Shown: piece after piece, positions 39,764 to 52,478 of the stretch
How the letters are laid out: each line of letters opens with the position of its first letter
Position numbering within the stretch: the stretch's first letter is position 1
Assembly: GCA_951406725.2 (NCBI GenBank)
Contig: OX597825.1
Span: 18,042,001-18,106,000, forward strand
Reading direction: 5' to 3'
DNA: 64,000 bases
From: Octopus vulgaris
Lineage: Eukaryota
Translations under genes and position numbers: made by a program
The notes under the pieces: generated by a model
What the model was told of the DNA's origin: nothing
Database searches by the model: none
Seen by the model: only the letters and a program-made list of their open reading frames with translations

Positions 39764-41508
39764 TCAACAACAATTGAGGAATGGCCTTAATAGGCCATTC
39801 GACCCACTAGAAAGAGCAGCCAGGACTCAAACCGCCAAGTAGTAGTAATTCACAAATTAAAGGAAAATTTAAAAACATTTACCCTAATTCATCTTTAGAC
39901 AATGCATTGTTTCGGTGTTTTTAATGGCAAATCAGCTTAATTAAATTAAATTAAATTAAGTCAATCCACCAAAGGCTACACCTCATCGGTAAAGAGGCCA
40001 GGAGAGACGGATATACACGAGGCATCTGTATCTATGCTCTAGGAATATCTGCCCTAAAATTTTCAAAACCATCGTACTCGCGTACAATGCGGTTATTTAA
40101 GGATATTATATCCAATATATACTGGTTTAAAATACTATATTTTGAAGTGATATTTCTTCAATGAATAAATTATATCAAATATCATAAAGTATCAAACATT
40201 ATTATCGAGGTAAAAAAAAAAGCCAAAAAGCAGAGAGATCTAATGAATACAAGTTCATTAGATCTCTGTTTACCAATTCGATAATAATATTTAGAATACA
40301 TGCGTACATACATATATATATATATATATATATAAAGAGACACGCTCATCCACTCATATGAACATGCGCAAATTAACAGACCTACACAGAGGGCAAACTT
40401 TTCGTTCGTGTTTACAACGGAGCTGGAGCGGGCTTGGAACTTAGAAATCAAAAGATTAATTTTTACACAATAGCAGGTACTGGAAATGTCCGAAACGCAT
40501 ATCTCTCAACATAACAATATATGTATTGTTTCGCAGGTATTATATAATGGAACAATGATGTAAGTAATTGCAACACTGTAACACTCCTAACTTCGGCTGT
40601 CATTGCTTATCTCACATTTGTGCTCTTTGATCTGAAAGATATCATCAAAAACCCAGGGTAGGTAGAATCCTATATCAAAAATATATCATATTTTGAAATA
40701 TCTATAAACTACTTACTGTGCAACCCAAATTTTGCCGTAGTTTGACGCCATCTTGAAAATGCCTACTTCTAATAAATATATAGACATAGAAATGCACATA
40801 GTCAGTTGTATTTGCTCGCTGATATAAAGATATACGCTTATACCTATACAGATATACCGACAAGCAAACAAGCTATTTACTTGAAAACGCTTCTGAGATG
40901 TTCATTCAATTATTGGAATTTTGTTAGTCGCATCATATGAACTAGTTTGAACCCAAATTTTAGAATATTTCACACTAGAATAGTAATTTCTTTCGGAACA
41001 TAGAGTAAGAATTGCAATTCTGAGAAAAATGTCAAACGTCTAGGTTATTGAGATACATGAGAGATATACACATAAAATCAAGTATAATCGTACGCATACA
41101 CACGAACACGTGCTCGTTCTCACTCACTCGCACAGAGCTACACACTACACAATTGCGTGCATGCGTATACCTATACACGTGAGAATATATATATATTCAA
41201 ATATAATTATGTATATGGAAGCGTTTATGAGAATACATTGATAATGTATATGTTTATGTATGTATACATGTGAATGCGCACGTATATATACGCGCACACA
41301 CACACATCTATATATCCATAAAGAGATACGATCCTATATGCATAGTTATATCTATATATATTTCTATCTGTCCATCTACATCTCACTCATTTCTCTTTCT
41401 CTGTCTCTCTCTCTCTCAACCTCTGTCTCTCTACATATATATATATAAGTACACACACACGCATATATGTGTGTGTGTATGTATATGTGTACGTATAACC
41501 TGTAGATA

Positions 41509-41916
41509 TACTCTTTTACTCTTTTACTCTTTTACTTGTTTCAGTCATTTGACTGCGGCCATGCTGGAGCACCGCCTTTAATCGAGCAACTCGACCCCGG
41601 CACTTATTCTTTGTAAGCCCAGTACTTATTCTATCGGTCTCTTTTGCCGAACCGCTAAGTGACGGGGACATAAACACACCAGCATCGGTTGTCAAGCAAT
41701 GCTAGGGGGACAAACACGGACACACAAACATACACATATATATATATATATATACGACGGGCTTCTTTCAGTTTCCGTCTACCAAATCCACTCACAAGGC
41801 TTTGGTCGGCCCGAGGCTATAGTAAAGACACTTGCCCAAGGTGCCATGCAGTGGGACTGAACCCGGAACCATGTGGTTGGTAAACAAGCTACTTACCACA
41901 CAGCCACTCCTGCGCC
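41509..41916 (-). mobile_element. SINE family A, full length
   Basis: Reverse complement of the 16140 copy, including the (CTTTTACT)n tail and GGCGCAGGAGTGGCTGTGTGG head. Confidence 0.93.
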
Positions 41917-41974
41917 TATATATATATATTTATATATTATGCACATGTGTTATATAATATGATATTATATATAT

Positions 41975-42044
<70 letters not shown>

Positions 42045-42058
42045 TATATAAATATAAA

Positions 42059-42271
42059 GTTAATCCAAACAAGAAAACACAGAAAAAAAGAGAAAAAAAC
42101 ACAGCAACGCAGGACGTGGAACAATTAAAGTATTATTGACGCTCAGGAAAGAAGGGAAGGAGGGTTTAACGTTTCGAGCGGAGCTCTTAGTCGGAAACAA
42201 GGAGAAGGAAAGATCCCAAGGAGGGAAGACAGAGGAGAAAATATTTGAGCTGGTGGTGCTCAAGAGATCAC

Positions 42272-42272
<1 letters not shown>
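42059..42272 (-). mobile_element. Family E (TA)n-embedded element with a hammerhead-like motif (core mutated in this copy)
   Basis: Homologous to 34535; minus strand 42198-42164 reads GTTT CCGACTA A GAGC TCC GCTC GAAACGTT AAAC. Confidence 0.8.
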
Positions 42273-42311
<39 letters not shown>

Positions 42312-43001
42312 TGAGAGATTCATACATACATACATAAGTAGAGATACACATGACTATGTGTACGCCAACACGCGTACATACATATATGAGTGTGTTTGTA
42401 AGAATGAGAATATGCGTTCGTGTGTGTGTCCGTGCGTGTGCGTAATTGTGTGTGTAAACGCTCGATATAAGATGCCGTCATATATCTCGGAAGAAGTAAA
42501 AAGGCGTTTTGCACTGGGTGGGACATCAGCTTATTATAAAATACTAACTACTCTAATGATATTTTAAACTATATTTCCTTTCTTTCTCCTATCTCTCTAC
42601 GTACCTAAACATGCTTCTTTATACATGGCTTACAGCAAATACATGCTTTAACATTCAAGCTATCAAATAAGCGTTCATATTCCCATTTTATATCGTATTT
42701 ACTTACTTAATCATTTACTGATATACCCAACTAGAACTTTATTATGTAAAATATACTCTTTATAGCAACATCATTGTTGCATGTGTTTCTTATATATATT
42801 TTGTATTATCAATATCTTCGTGGGTAAAGAGTAAGTGTTCTTGATCTTCGAACTATTTCCCAATAGAAATGAAATTAATCGGAAAAGATTAGTGTTCGCA
42901 TTGGTTTGCACGTTTGGTGAAGTCGACGAACCTCTAGACATAGCTATTTAATAAATTGAATTACAACGCCATCTATGTTAGTGAGTGTGTATATAAATAT
43001 G

Positions 43002-43055
<54 letters not shown>

Positions 43056-43312
43056 TATGTAGTCTTATAAATAGATAGTTACATGGATAGAGAGATATGA
43101 ACAGAACTAGATATATACATATGTATATTTTTTACAATATATGCATGTATACAGGGCAACGGTTAGCTCATTCAACAATCTTAGGTATTCAGCAACATAA
43201 GATGAACAAAATTTTCAACACGGTTTCCAGTATTAGAATTCAGATTTTTGTGGTCTCCATGCAGACACACAAACACAATCACGCACATACATATACACAT
43301 AAACGTATATAA

Positions 43313-43353
<41 letters not shown>

Positions 43354-43358
<5 letters not shown>

Positions 43359-43655
43359 TTAGAGACAAAACCACTATTTTGCAAATCAAACAAGGAAAGA
43401 CTTAATCAATTTTAAAATTGAATAGAATATATGAAATCCATCTGATGAATGTCATTTGAAGACAGGAAACAATTGTAGTGGCGATTTATTTACTTTATAT
43501 TAAATTTTTTTATGTATTGATTAAGTCTTTCCTTGTTTGATTTGCAAAATAGTGGTTTTGTCTCTAATTAATGTTATATAATATTTTACTATAAAATTGG
43601 ATTCAATCTTAAATCTGATTTTTCCCTGTAAATTTGGATTATTCCCTAATATTTT
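43354..43655 (+). mobile_element. Penelope-like element terminal fragment: 57-bp perfect inverted repeat enclosing a hammerhead motif
   Basis: Arms 43354-43410 and 43516-43572 are exact reverse complements with a 105-nt spacer; (TA)n on both sides; Penelope assignment is inferred from architecture. Confidence 0.65.
43438..43481 (+). ncRNA. Type I hammerhead ribozyme motif
   Basis: CCAU CUGAUGA A UGUC-AUUUGAA-GACA G GAA ACAAUUGU A GUGG: intact core, helix I CCAU/GUGG, helix II UGUC/GACA, palindromic helix III, GUA cleavage triplet (cut after 43477). Confidence 0.72.
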
Positions 43656-43713
43656 ATTATATATATATTTATATATAAATATATATATCATATATGTATG
43701 ATATATATATATT

Positions 43714-43787
<74 letters not shown>

Positions 43788-43792
43788 TATGT

Positions 43793-44020
43793 GGAGGCGC
43801 AATGGCCCAGTGGTTAGAGCAGCGGACTCGCGGTCGTTGGATCGTGGTTTCGATTTCCAGATCGGGCGTTGTGAGTGTTTATTGAGCAAAAACACCTAAA
43901 AGCTCCACTCTTTCTCCTGTTGGCCCTCCTGCGGGGTGGCGTCATTCGAAGGCTAAAACAATGCGATCGCATTGTGTCCAGCGATGTGTAGCAACATCTG
44001 ATAGCCTGGTCGGTCACGGT
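43793..44020 (+). mobile_element. SINE family C head with a different tail (type 2)
   Basis: GGAGGCGCAATGGCCCAGTGGTTAGAGCAGCGG..GGTTTCGATTTCC..AACACCTAAAAGCTCCAC shared with 38723, followed by an unrelated 3' part. Confidence 0.85.
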
Positions 44021-44750
44021 CAAGTTGATATATATATATTTATAATCATCTACCTATCCATCTATATATATATATATATATATCACATGCTTACATATAT
44101 GTGTGTATGGTTGTTTCTGTATACTCTTCCATGTTTGATTGTAAGTTCGTACTAAGTGCTTCAACTTATTTCTACGCTTCGTATGCGTAAGCACACATAT
44201 TTAGAGAGACCCAATAGGAATAAATGCTCATGAAAGAAATGTTTGTTTCATGAAGTCTAAATATTTATACCGTTGATAATATGCAAATCGTTGGCATATT
44301 ATATCCTGACATTTGCTTATACTGTTGTCAATTCCTTCGTCAATAGTTATACAGCAATTAGGAAGGGCTGGCATCGCTGAAATGTCACCGCATATTTTTG
44401 TTGTGTTTGAGAAAAAAGAATAACTAACTATGAAAGAGTGCGATACGGAAGAATTTGTGATGAAAGCAACAAAAATCATGGCACAAATTCAGGTCATCTG
44501 AAGGCTCTTGAATATGGATCAAAGAAAGACAATGAAAATTTAGTGCTATAGTTTAGACAGCATTAATGAACAGATGCAAAAATACCAATGTATATATGTG
44601 TGCGTATGTATGTATGTATGTATGTATGTCTAGGATCTTTACGCCTCATGGAAAATTATTCCTCAGGACAACAGATGATGAGTACAAGTTTCTTAATATA
44701 TTGGAGAGGGGGTAATTAACCAAAGGTTCTAATTGTCCTGATACAATGTA

Positions 44751-44841
<91 letters not shown>

Positions 44842-45022
44842 TATATATTGTATATATGATCACGTTGGCACCAAACTCTGGCATAGAAAGTTATAGCAGA
44901 CCCCGAAGTGGATGTCACTGCACTGTTCCAGAGATCCTAGTCAGTCCATCAATGGCAAGGACCTCTGAAGTAATTGCTTGCATTTTAAGAACTCGCGGTT
45001 ATTCAATAGCTTACCCATGGGT

Positions 45023-45103
45023 AATAAATACTAGTCTTACAAATAATAAGTCCTGGGGTCGATTTGCTCGACTAAAGGAAGTGATGCAGCATGAACGCAA
45101 TCA
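45023..45103 (+). mobile_element. 3' fragment of SINE family A
   Basis: CTTACAAATAATAAGTCCTGGGGTCGATTTGCTCGACTAAAGG matches 16476-16516. Confidence 0.75.
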
Positions 45104-45124
45104 TATATATATATATATATATGC

Positions 45125-45208
<84 letters not shown>

Positions 45209-45706
45209 CTATTTATATATGTGTGTGTGTGTGTGGGTGTGTTTGTGCGTGCCCCGATTGTGTAAGTACGTATGTGAATATGAATGTGTGAAATTATTTG
45301 CTACAATGTGAATTTATTAGTTAAAATAAGTTATATTGCACAAGTGATATCTTAAGCACAATACTTATTTCTTGTCTACAGGTTGTATTTCTTGGTTTTG
45401 TTTGGCGTTGATTGTTTTTTTTTCTGTTATCGTTCCCCTGCCTTACCTATTCTTGGTAAATTAAAGAAGGAATTTGGGGAATATAAATAATTAATGGTTT
45501 TCGGTGTCTGATTTAATTTCTCTTGGAAACGTCATTTACAACTACATGCGTTATGCTATATAGAATATAGACACCGAAATTTACATACATACATACATAC
45601 ATACACACATAACAACATACACACAAACACACACACACTGACACATATATGTACCGTAATATATATACATACAATATGGACAGAGAAATAGATAGACTGA
45701 TATACA

Positions 45707-45709
<3 letters not shown>

Positions 45710-45805
<96 letters not shown>

Positions 45806-45842
45806 TGAGAGAGAGAAAGAGATAGAGATAGATAGATAGATT

Positions 45843-45877
<35 letters not shown>
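45710..45877. repeat. Compound (TA)n-(GA)n-(GATA)n microsatellite
   Basis: Direct reading. Confidence 0.92.
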
Positions 45878-45878
<1 letters not shown>

Positions 45879-46009
45879 TTTAGATATACACTTGCATATT
45901 TATGTAACATGCACAGTACAATTAACGTCGCTTTATACTTAGAAAGGAATGGTAATTTATTCACAAACACACAGACCCGAATGCACAGATACGAATGCAC
46001 ACAAACACT

Positions 46010-46048
<39 letters not shown>

Positions 46049-46287
46049 GTTGTTCCTTCCTGATTGTGGAATTTTGATTGCATCCTGTCGTGATTAGCAA
46101 GCACATGATTAAAACACAGCAAAATGAAGCGATGCAAATTTGTGAATGAAGTACGCCTGGTTTGCAGTATGTAGTAGCTAGCTAGCAATGTAAGAATATA
46201 GGCCTTTGTGTCTCTCTCTTTCGTCGGCCTTTTTCGTTATCTTTTTCCCTCTCTCTCTACCTGTGTACCTATATTTACACAGAAACG

Positions 46288-46328
<41 letters not shown>

Positions 46329-46946
46329 GTGTGTGTCTCTAAAACCATGTGTAGGTGTGGTGCTTGAGTTTACAGTGAAAGAAGCAATTACAGCAGCATT
46401 GTAATTAAAGGAAAATATTGATCGATGAAATCACTGTAATTCGTTTGGAGAAAATACAGCAACTGTAAATGCAAGCAGCAACAGCAACAGCAACAGCAGC
46501 ATATTACAGATACCATTAACAAGACCAGGCTTAGCCTAACTAGCATCAACCACAGCATGCTTTATCGCTTCTCTTTTTTTTTTCTTTGTATTAGTTTTGG
46601 CGTAATCGCAATTTTCCTAAACTGGTCCAGTAACGAACTGTAGAAAGAAGCTTCTGTATGGTAGGTCGATATACAATATTATGCAGCTAAATCTCCTTCC
46701 AATGACACGTCGTCTACTTAGAAACAGGACAATTTCTGACGTTATATCATCAGATACACTGCAACTCGAAGATATGGGACGGATTATGCAATTTCCTCCC
46801 GCCTATGCTTGCCTAGACCTACAAAACAACGCCAATAACAGCAAGAGCAATGTCTAGGAGAATCAGCGGAAATACCATCGGTTTGGAAGGTTTTCTGTGA
46901 GTCTACAACACGAGTGAATTAGATTTGAAATTTTTTTGCTAGTACC

Positions 46947-46997
46947 TATTTCTTTACTATCCACACGGGGCTAGACATAGAGGGGAGAAACAAGGAC

Positions 46998-47057
<60 letters not shown>

Positions 47058-47381
47058 GATTAAGTCGATTATATTAACCCCAGTGCATAACTGGTACTTA
47101 TTTAATCGATTCTTAAAGGATGAAAGGCAAAGTCGACCTCGGCGGAATTTGAACTCGGGACGTAGCGGCAGACGAAATTCCTATTTCTTTACTACCCACA
47201 AGGGGCTAAACACAGAGAGGACAAACAAGGACTAAGAGAGGACAAACGGATTAAGTCGATTATATTGACCCCAGTGCGTAACTAGTACTTAATTAATCGA
47301 CCCCGAAAGGAAGAAAGGCAAAGTCGACCACGGCGGAATTTGAATAGCCCGGCGTGCTAACGTTTCTGCCAGCTCGCCGCC
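46947..47381 (-). mobile_element. SINE family B dimeric copy with TSD, internal (TA)n expansion and a deletion near the head
   Basis: Reverse complement of 35978; TSD TTTGCTAGTACC at 46935-46946 and 47388-47399; (TA)n at about 47001-47055. Confidence 0.92.
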
Positions 47382-47441
47382 GTTTTGTTTGCTAGTACCA
47401 ATGCTGAATGTAAAGTACTATACAATTTCCATTCATATTAA

Positions 47442-47602
47442 TTGTTTCAGTCACTTGATTTCGGCTATCCTGGAGCACCGCCTTTAGTCGAGCAAATCGA
47501 CCCCAGGACCTATTCTTTGCAAGCCTAGTATTTATTCTATCGGTCTCTTTTGCCGAACCGCTAAGTTACGGGAACGTAAACACACCAGCATCGGTTGTCA
47601 AA
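47442..47602 (-). mobile_element. 3' half of SINE family A
   Basis: Matches 41526-41695. Confidence 0.88.
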
Positions 47603-47666
<64 letters not shown>

Positions 47667-47667
47667 T

Positions 47668-47716
<49 letters not shown>

Positions 47717-47731
47717 CAGCAGCAGCAGCAG
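47603..47731. repeat. (CAG)8-(TAG)~30-(CAG)5 compound microsatellite
   Basis: Direct reading (one TTG interruption). Confidence 0.95.
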
Positions 47732-48591
47732 CTGTAAGTGATTAGTGTTATGTCTCTTGGCTTTGACATAGCTATGTGTTGAGTTCCGTATGAGATTTCC
47801 TTTTTGTTTTCTTTTCATTTCGCCTATCGTTCTATCTATCGTTGCTTGCATCTCTTTATTTCAACAACATCGATCAAATTGTACCAGAAATGTTGTACTT
47901 ATCGTATTGAACTATTATATCTCTATTGTAATAGATTACGCTTAAAAGGCTATTGTGCCTAATGAAATGATATCATAAATATCGTTAACTTCTGATAGAA
48001 ACCTACTCAAACGTATAAAATAATTCATGCATAACCATCACAAGATCGACATATATCATTTTATCGGAGAGCAATTCAAGTGGAACTTGAAATACTTATC
48101 TCATTCTTCTCCAACATATGATGATACATGTGTTATTTCTTATAATCCCTGATGGTATTCACAAAACCCACACAAGAACCGCTTGTCATCGAATACATTA
48201 TCGCCCATATACAACTAAAATAATGAAATATCAATATAATAGCGTAAAGTATGTGTTTCACAGGATGAGAAACGTTTCTGATAAATGTATTCAAAGGTTA
48301 TACAATGATGGTGGAAATTCCGAAGGAATAACGTGCTTGAATGAGCAGCTTATACAGGCAGTTGAATTTTCATTTTCTCCTGCGTTTCTTTTACATTATT
48401 TATATACATGTTCGTGCTTGGTTCTCTCACCATTGGAGAAAAAGACGGTCTGTAGCCTACAAAGTTCTGACATTGAAATTTAGGCAACATTACGTAGGGT
48501 AGACTTACATGCATTATATGTAAATACATGATATACATGCATCTGTAGACGTGCGCGCGTGTATATGTGAGATTGTTTTACATATACATAA

Positions 48592-48853
48592 AAGTAAAGT
48601 AAGGGCAAAGATCCTTCCCGAGTCATGTAGACACATAATGGCCGATTTTCCGGTTTGAGTGGTGTATATATTGCTTATCTGAACGGGGTCCTGATCTGTC
48701 GCAGGATTAATAATTTGTGCCAGATGAATAACCTGGAGCAATTAAAACGATTTTTTTCTACTTAAGAACACAGCTCGTTGCCTGGCCCAGAAATCGAAAC
48801 CACAGTCTTATGATCATGAATCCAACATCCTAACCACCACGTCACACGACTCC
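48592..48853 (-). mobile_element. Old tRNA-headed CORE-like SINE with a tail related to that at 52000
   Basis: Minus strand GTGGTTAGGATGTTGG..GGTTTCGATTTC..GTGTTCTTAAGTAG..TTGCTCCAG..CCTGCGACAGATCAGG. Confidence 0.55.
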
Positions 48854-49010
48854 ACTTATATAGACATGCTTGCACATGTGCAAACACAAAATATTTGAAC
48901 ATATTTTGACTGTGTCAATGGCAATGTTTCGCTGTACTATTCTAATAAATAGTGTTTGTCCTTCTATGTATAAGAGTAAAAGAGTAAAATTTCCCACCGT
49001 TTCATTATAT

Positions 49011-49620
49011 TACTTGTTTCAGTCATTACATTGCGACCATTTTGTGGAACAGCGTTCATGAATTTTAATCGGATAAGTCGAACCAAAAACATTTTTTCTA
49101 AGCCTGGCACTTCTCATACCATTCTCGTGGAACAATTAGTTTCGGGGACGTTAAGTATACTAACACCGGTTGCCAAGCGTTGCTGTGGAATAAACACAGA
49201 CACAAATATGCGTACGCACATAGAGATACACACACAAACATACATGCATATACATAAAACACATACATGCTTATATACACACAAATATGTATACACACGT
49301 GGACTTCTTTCACTTCTAATGCGATTTTCGTGGGACAATTAGTTACGGGGACGTTAAGGATACCAACACCGGTTGCCAAGTGTTGGTGTGGAAAAAACAC
49401 ATACACAAATATGCGCATGCACATAGAGATACACACACAAACATACATGCATATACATAAAAAACATACATGCATACATACACACAAATATGTATACACA
49501 CGTGGACTTCTTTCAGTTTTCGTCTACGATAGCCATTCACAATTGCCCAGCGTGTCAGTCAGTAGGATTGAACGTGGAACAATGCGGTTGGCACTGGAAA
49601 TTTCTTACCACGTAGCCATG
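49011..49620 (-). mobile_element. Diverged SINE family A copy carrying a 203-bp internal tandem duplication
   Basis: TACTTGTTTCAGTCATT tail and CTTACCACGTAGCCA head; duplicated units start at 49108 and 49311. Confidence 0.75.
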
Positions 49621-49975
49621 AAGTGGAAAACTAAAGTTAAACTAAATACGATATATATAAGAATAAACATCACTTCTGCGCATCACTTCCCAACACAGAT
49701 TTACTCGACATGGTTCACTTCTAAAAGGAAATACATACGGAATACGTATGAATATTTTAAAGATATACAGCTGAAATATCTCCTGCATAATATTGCGATG
49801 AATTATCATAATAAGCGAGTGCATCTACACTCACACACACACTTGCACACAAACACACACACACACACACACACAAACACATTCACATACACACACATAC
49901 ACACACACACGCACACACTCATACATATATTGAGAGAGACAGAGAGAGATGTTTATTATATATATACGCATATGC

Positions 49976-50033
<58 letters not shown>

Positions 50034-51149
50034 TTATATATATACATATGTATATATATATATATAGTATATACATATGTACGTATAAATGCATACATAT
50101 ATACACATATATTCATACATATTTACATAGATCCATACATAGGTCTATATACATACAGACACGTACACATACACTTATTCACACACATACAAAAAAACAC
50201 ATTTATATATATATATACACACATGAATATAAGTAATAGTTCATATAAATGTTGGTTAGGTGGTTGGCTGATTTCTCCAATCAGGCGTTATAGAAAGTCA
50301 GAGATTAATAAAGAGGTAGAGAGAGAATTAACTTGGCAACAGCAGGATGAGTGCGCAAGTCTTGCGGCAGAAATTGTGAAAAGGAACTAAAGAAACACTC
50401 CTGATACACACAGTGGGAAGAAAGAATGCCAGAGCGAAATTAGAAGGCGGAGTGAGTAAGAGAAGAGTTGTGGGTGTACTTATATAAATGAAAAAAAAAT
50501 TGTTTGGCTTAAATATATTTTAAAGTCATAAATATTTTATTCTTGAAGATAGCTGTTCATATCTTCATTTTGTACAACCACCAACGCATTTGGTAAAAAT
50601 AAACTTACAAATACTCTATGCATTTTCTGACGTTACTCACTGTTGGAAGGCTAGTCTTCTAGTGATACTCATCTTTGGACGGATAAAACTCCGTGTATGT
50701 ATGCGTGTGTGTGTGTGTGTGTAAATGAATAAATGCATGCATACGTACTTACATATATCATTATCTTGGGGGAATGGTGGATCTCGAAGCAAAAAAGCTA
50801 TTGATAATATTGGGCTATCATTGGTGTAAAAACCCGTTGAAAAGGAAAAAGTCCAACACTTCTCGTCAACGCTATTTTTGAAATAAAATCCTATGTTAAC
50901 ATATAATACAGGCATGCTATCATTACATCCAGTAAACGTGGGTTCTAGGCAATATTGGATATAAGTTTGTTGCTTTTTCTACCCTCGATCATCAGCTGAC
51001 AGCTGACATGTTTGTCTATTACTGGAAGGGATACTATCCGTGCTGCCAAAACTATACAACTGAAGAAGTTAGCGCTTCCAGTAAAACAATACAGCTTGTC
51101 ATTCGGTCAAAAAATTCGTTATATACGCGCTATGGTTCTGCATAGTTAG

Positions 51150-51650
51150 GATTCATATATAAATTGAAAATTTAGAATTAAATAAAAGTGAAAATTATAT
51201 ATATAAAATTCAAAATTATAGGTCAAAAATTAAATGATTAAATAAAAAAAAATTATAATGGAAATGTTTGAAAATTAAAGAAATAAGACATGAAAAATTA
51301 TAAAAATGAAAATTACAAAATCAAATATGAAACGATTAAAAATTTCAAAACTTGACAAATAGAAATTTACAAAATTTAACCATTGAAAATTAAAAGAAAA
51401 CATAAAAATTAGTTAAGCATTTCAAAAATAAACATAATTAAAGAAAGAAAATACAACACAAATCTAACAAAATTAAAAGGAAAATAGAATTAAAAACGAT
51501 GTACTAAAATTATAAAAATTAAATGTTCAAAAAGACTTCTTTTTAAAGGTAACAATTTAAGTGTTTTGCAAATAAAATAAATTAATTATAATAGAAAATA
51601 ATGAATGATATAATAAGATATATAATATATTATATAAAATTGTGAAATGT
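51150..51650. repeat. Extremely A/T-rich, A-skewed low-complexity tract
   Basis: Runs of AAAATT-like words with very few G/C. Confidence 0.8.
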
Positions 51651-51999
51651 ATAGTGTGAGGTGGTCTGTTTTGGATAATGATTTGTGGTAATTCATGAAA
51701 TAAGAAATTATGAATATAACGTAGTGAAGTTCATCTAATGGTATAGCGACATGCAAATATATATCTCTTTAGAGATTTGCGTACTTTAGAGTATATAGGT
51801 TTACAAGAATCGCTCAAAAATTAATGAAAGTAATCAAAATAATTAGTAAAATTTGATGACCATTGGACATCTAACAAAGGCTTCGCTCGTAGCATTTAGA
51901 CAGTAGCTAGTGAACTGTGAGATTTTCAGAATAAACCAGCTTCCTGCATTACAGCACCTGCAGCTTCTGCGTCCGTTGCAATATGGTTTTCCCCTTATA

Positions 52000-52314
52000 A
52001 AAACGATAAACGTCGCCATTTTCAAGCCTAGCCAGACTCATGGGCCCGGTTTCCTGTTTTCTATGGCGTATGTATTCTCCCCAGCCGGACGGGACGCCAG
52101 TCCATTGCAGGGTTACTCAAGAAACAGGAAGAGAGAGTGAGAGAAAGTTGTGGCGAAAGAGTACAACAGGGGCCACTATCACCCCCTGTCGGAACGTCGT
52201 GGAGGTTTTAGGTGTTTGTGCTCAATAAACACACACAACATCCGGTCTGGGAATCGAAACAGCGATTCTACGAACGCGAGTCTGCTGCCTAAACCACTGA
52301 ATCATTACCCCTCC
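52000..52314 (-). mobile_element. SINE family C with tail type 3
   Basis: Head and body homologous to 38535-38723; tail GTAACCCTGCAATGGACTGGCGTCCCGTCC..GGGCCCATGAGTCTGGCTAGGCTTG. Confidence 0.82.
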
Positions 52315-52330
52315 TCTTCAAGTATGTGTA

Positions 52331-52430
52331 TACGAGGTCTGATCAATAAGTACCCAGACTGTTGCCATAGTAAAAAGCTAAAGCACGTAAAGTGAAGCCG
52401 CTTGACAAAGATTGACCTTGAGCTCTGCTG
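52331..52430. mobile_element. Mariner-type terminal fragment
   Basis: Begins TACGAGGTCTGATCAATAAGTACCCAGACT, resembling mariner TACGAGG termini; no partner inverted repeat seen. Confidence 0.5.
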
Positions 52431-52478
52431 TTCTCCGACCGCAATCCGTTGCCCTAACCACTGGGCCATTGCGACTCC
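52431..52478 (-). mobile_element. Isolated SINE family C 5' head fragment
   Basis: Minus strand GGAGTCGCAATGGCCCAGTGGTTAGGGCAACGGATTGCGGTCG. Confidence 0.8.

Noticed and set aside
39779-39800. 9-bp hairpin GAATGGCCT-TAAT-AGGCCATTC
   Set aside because: Short enough to be chance in 64 kb, with no supporting context.
43793-43872. tRNA gene (also the heads at 36874, 38723 and 16158)
   Set aside because: A and B boxes are present but the cloverleaf stems are broken, and each runs directly into a SINE body.
46726-46756. Minus-strand CTGATGA-N10-GAAA
   Set aside because: No helix II or I; the CTGATG segment pairs with CGTCAG instead.
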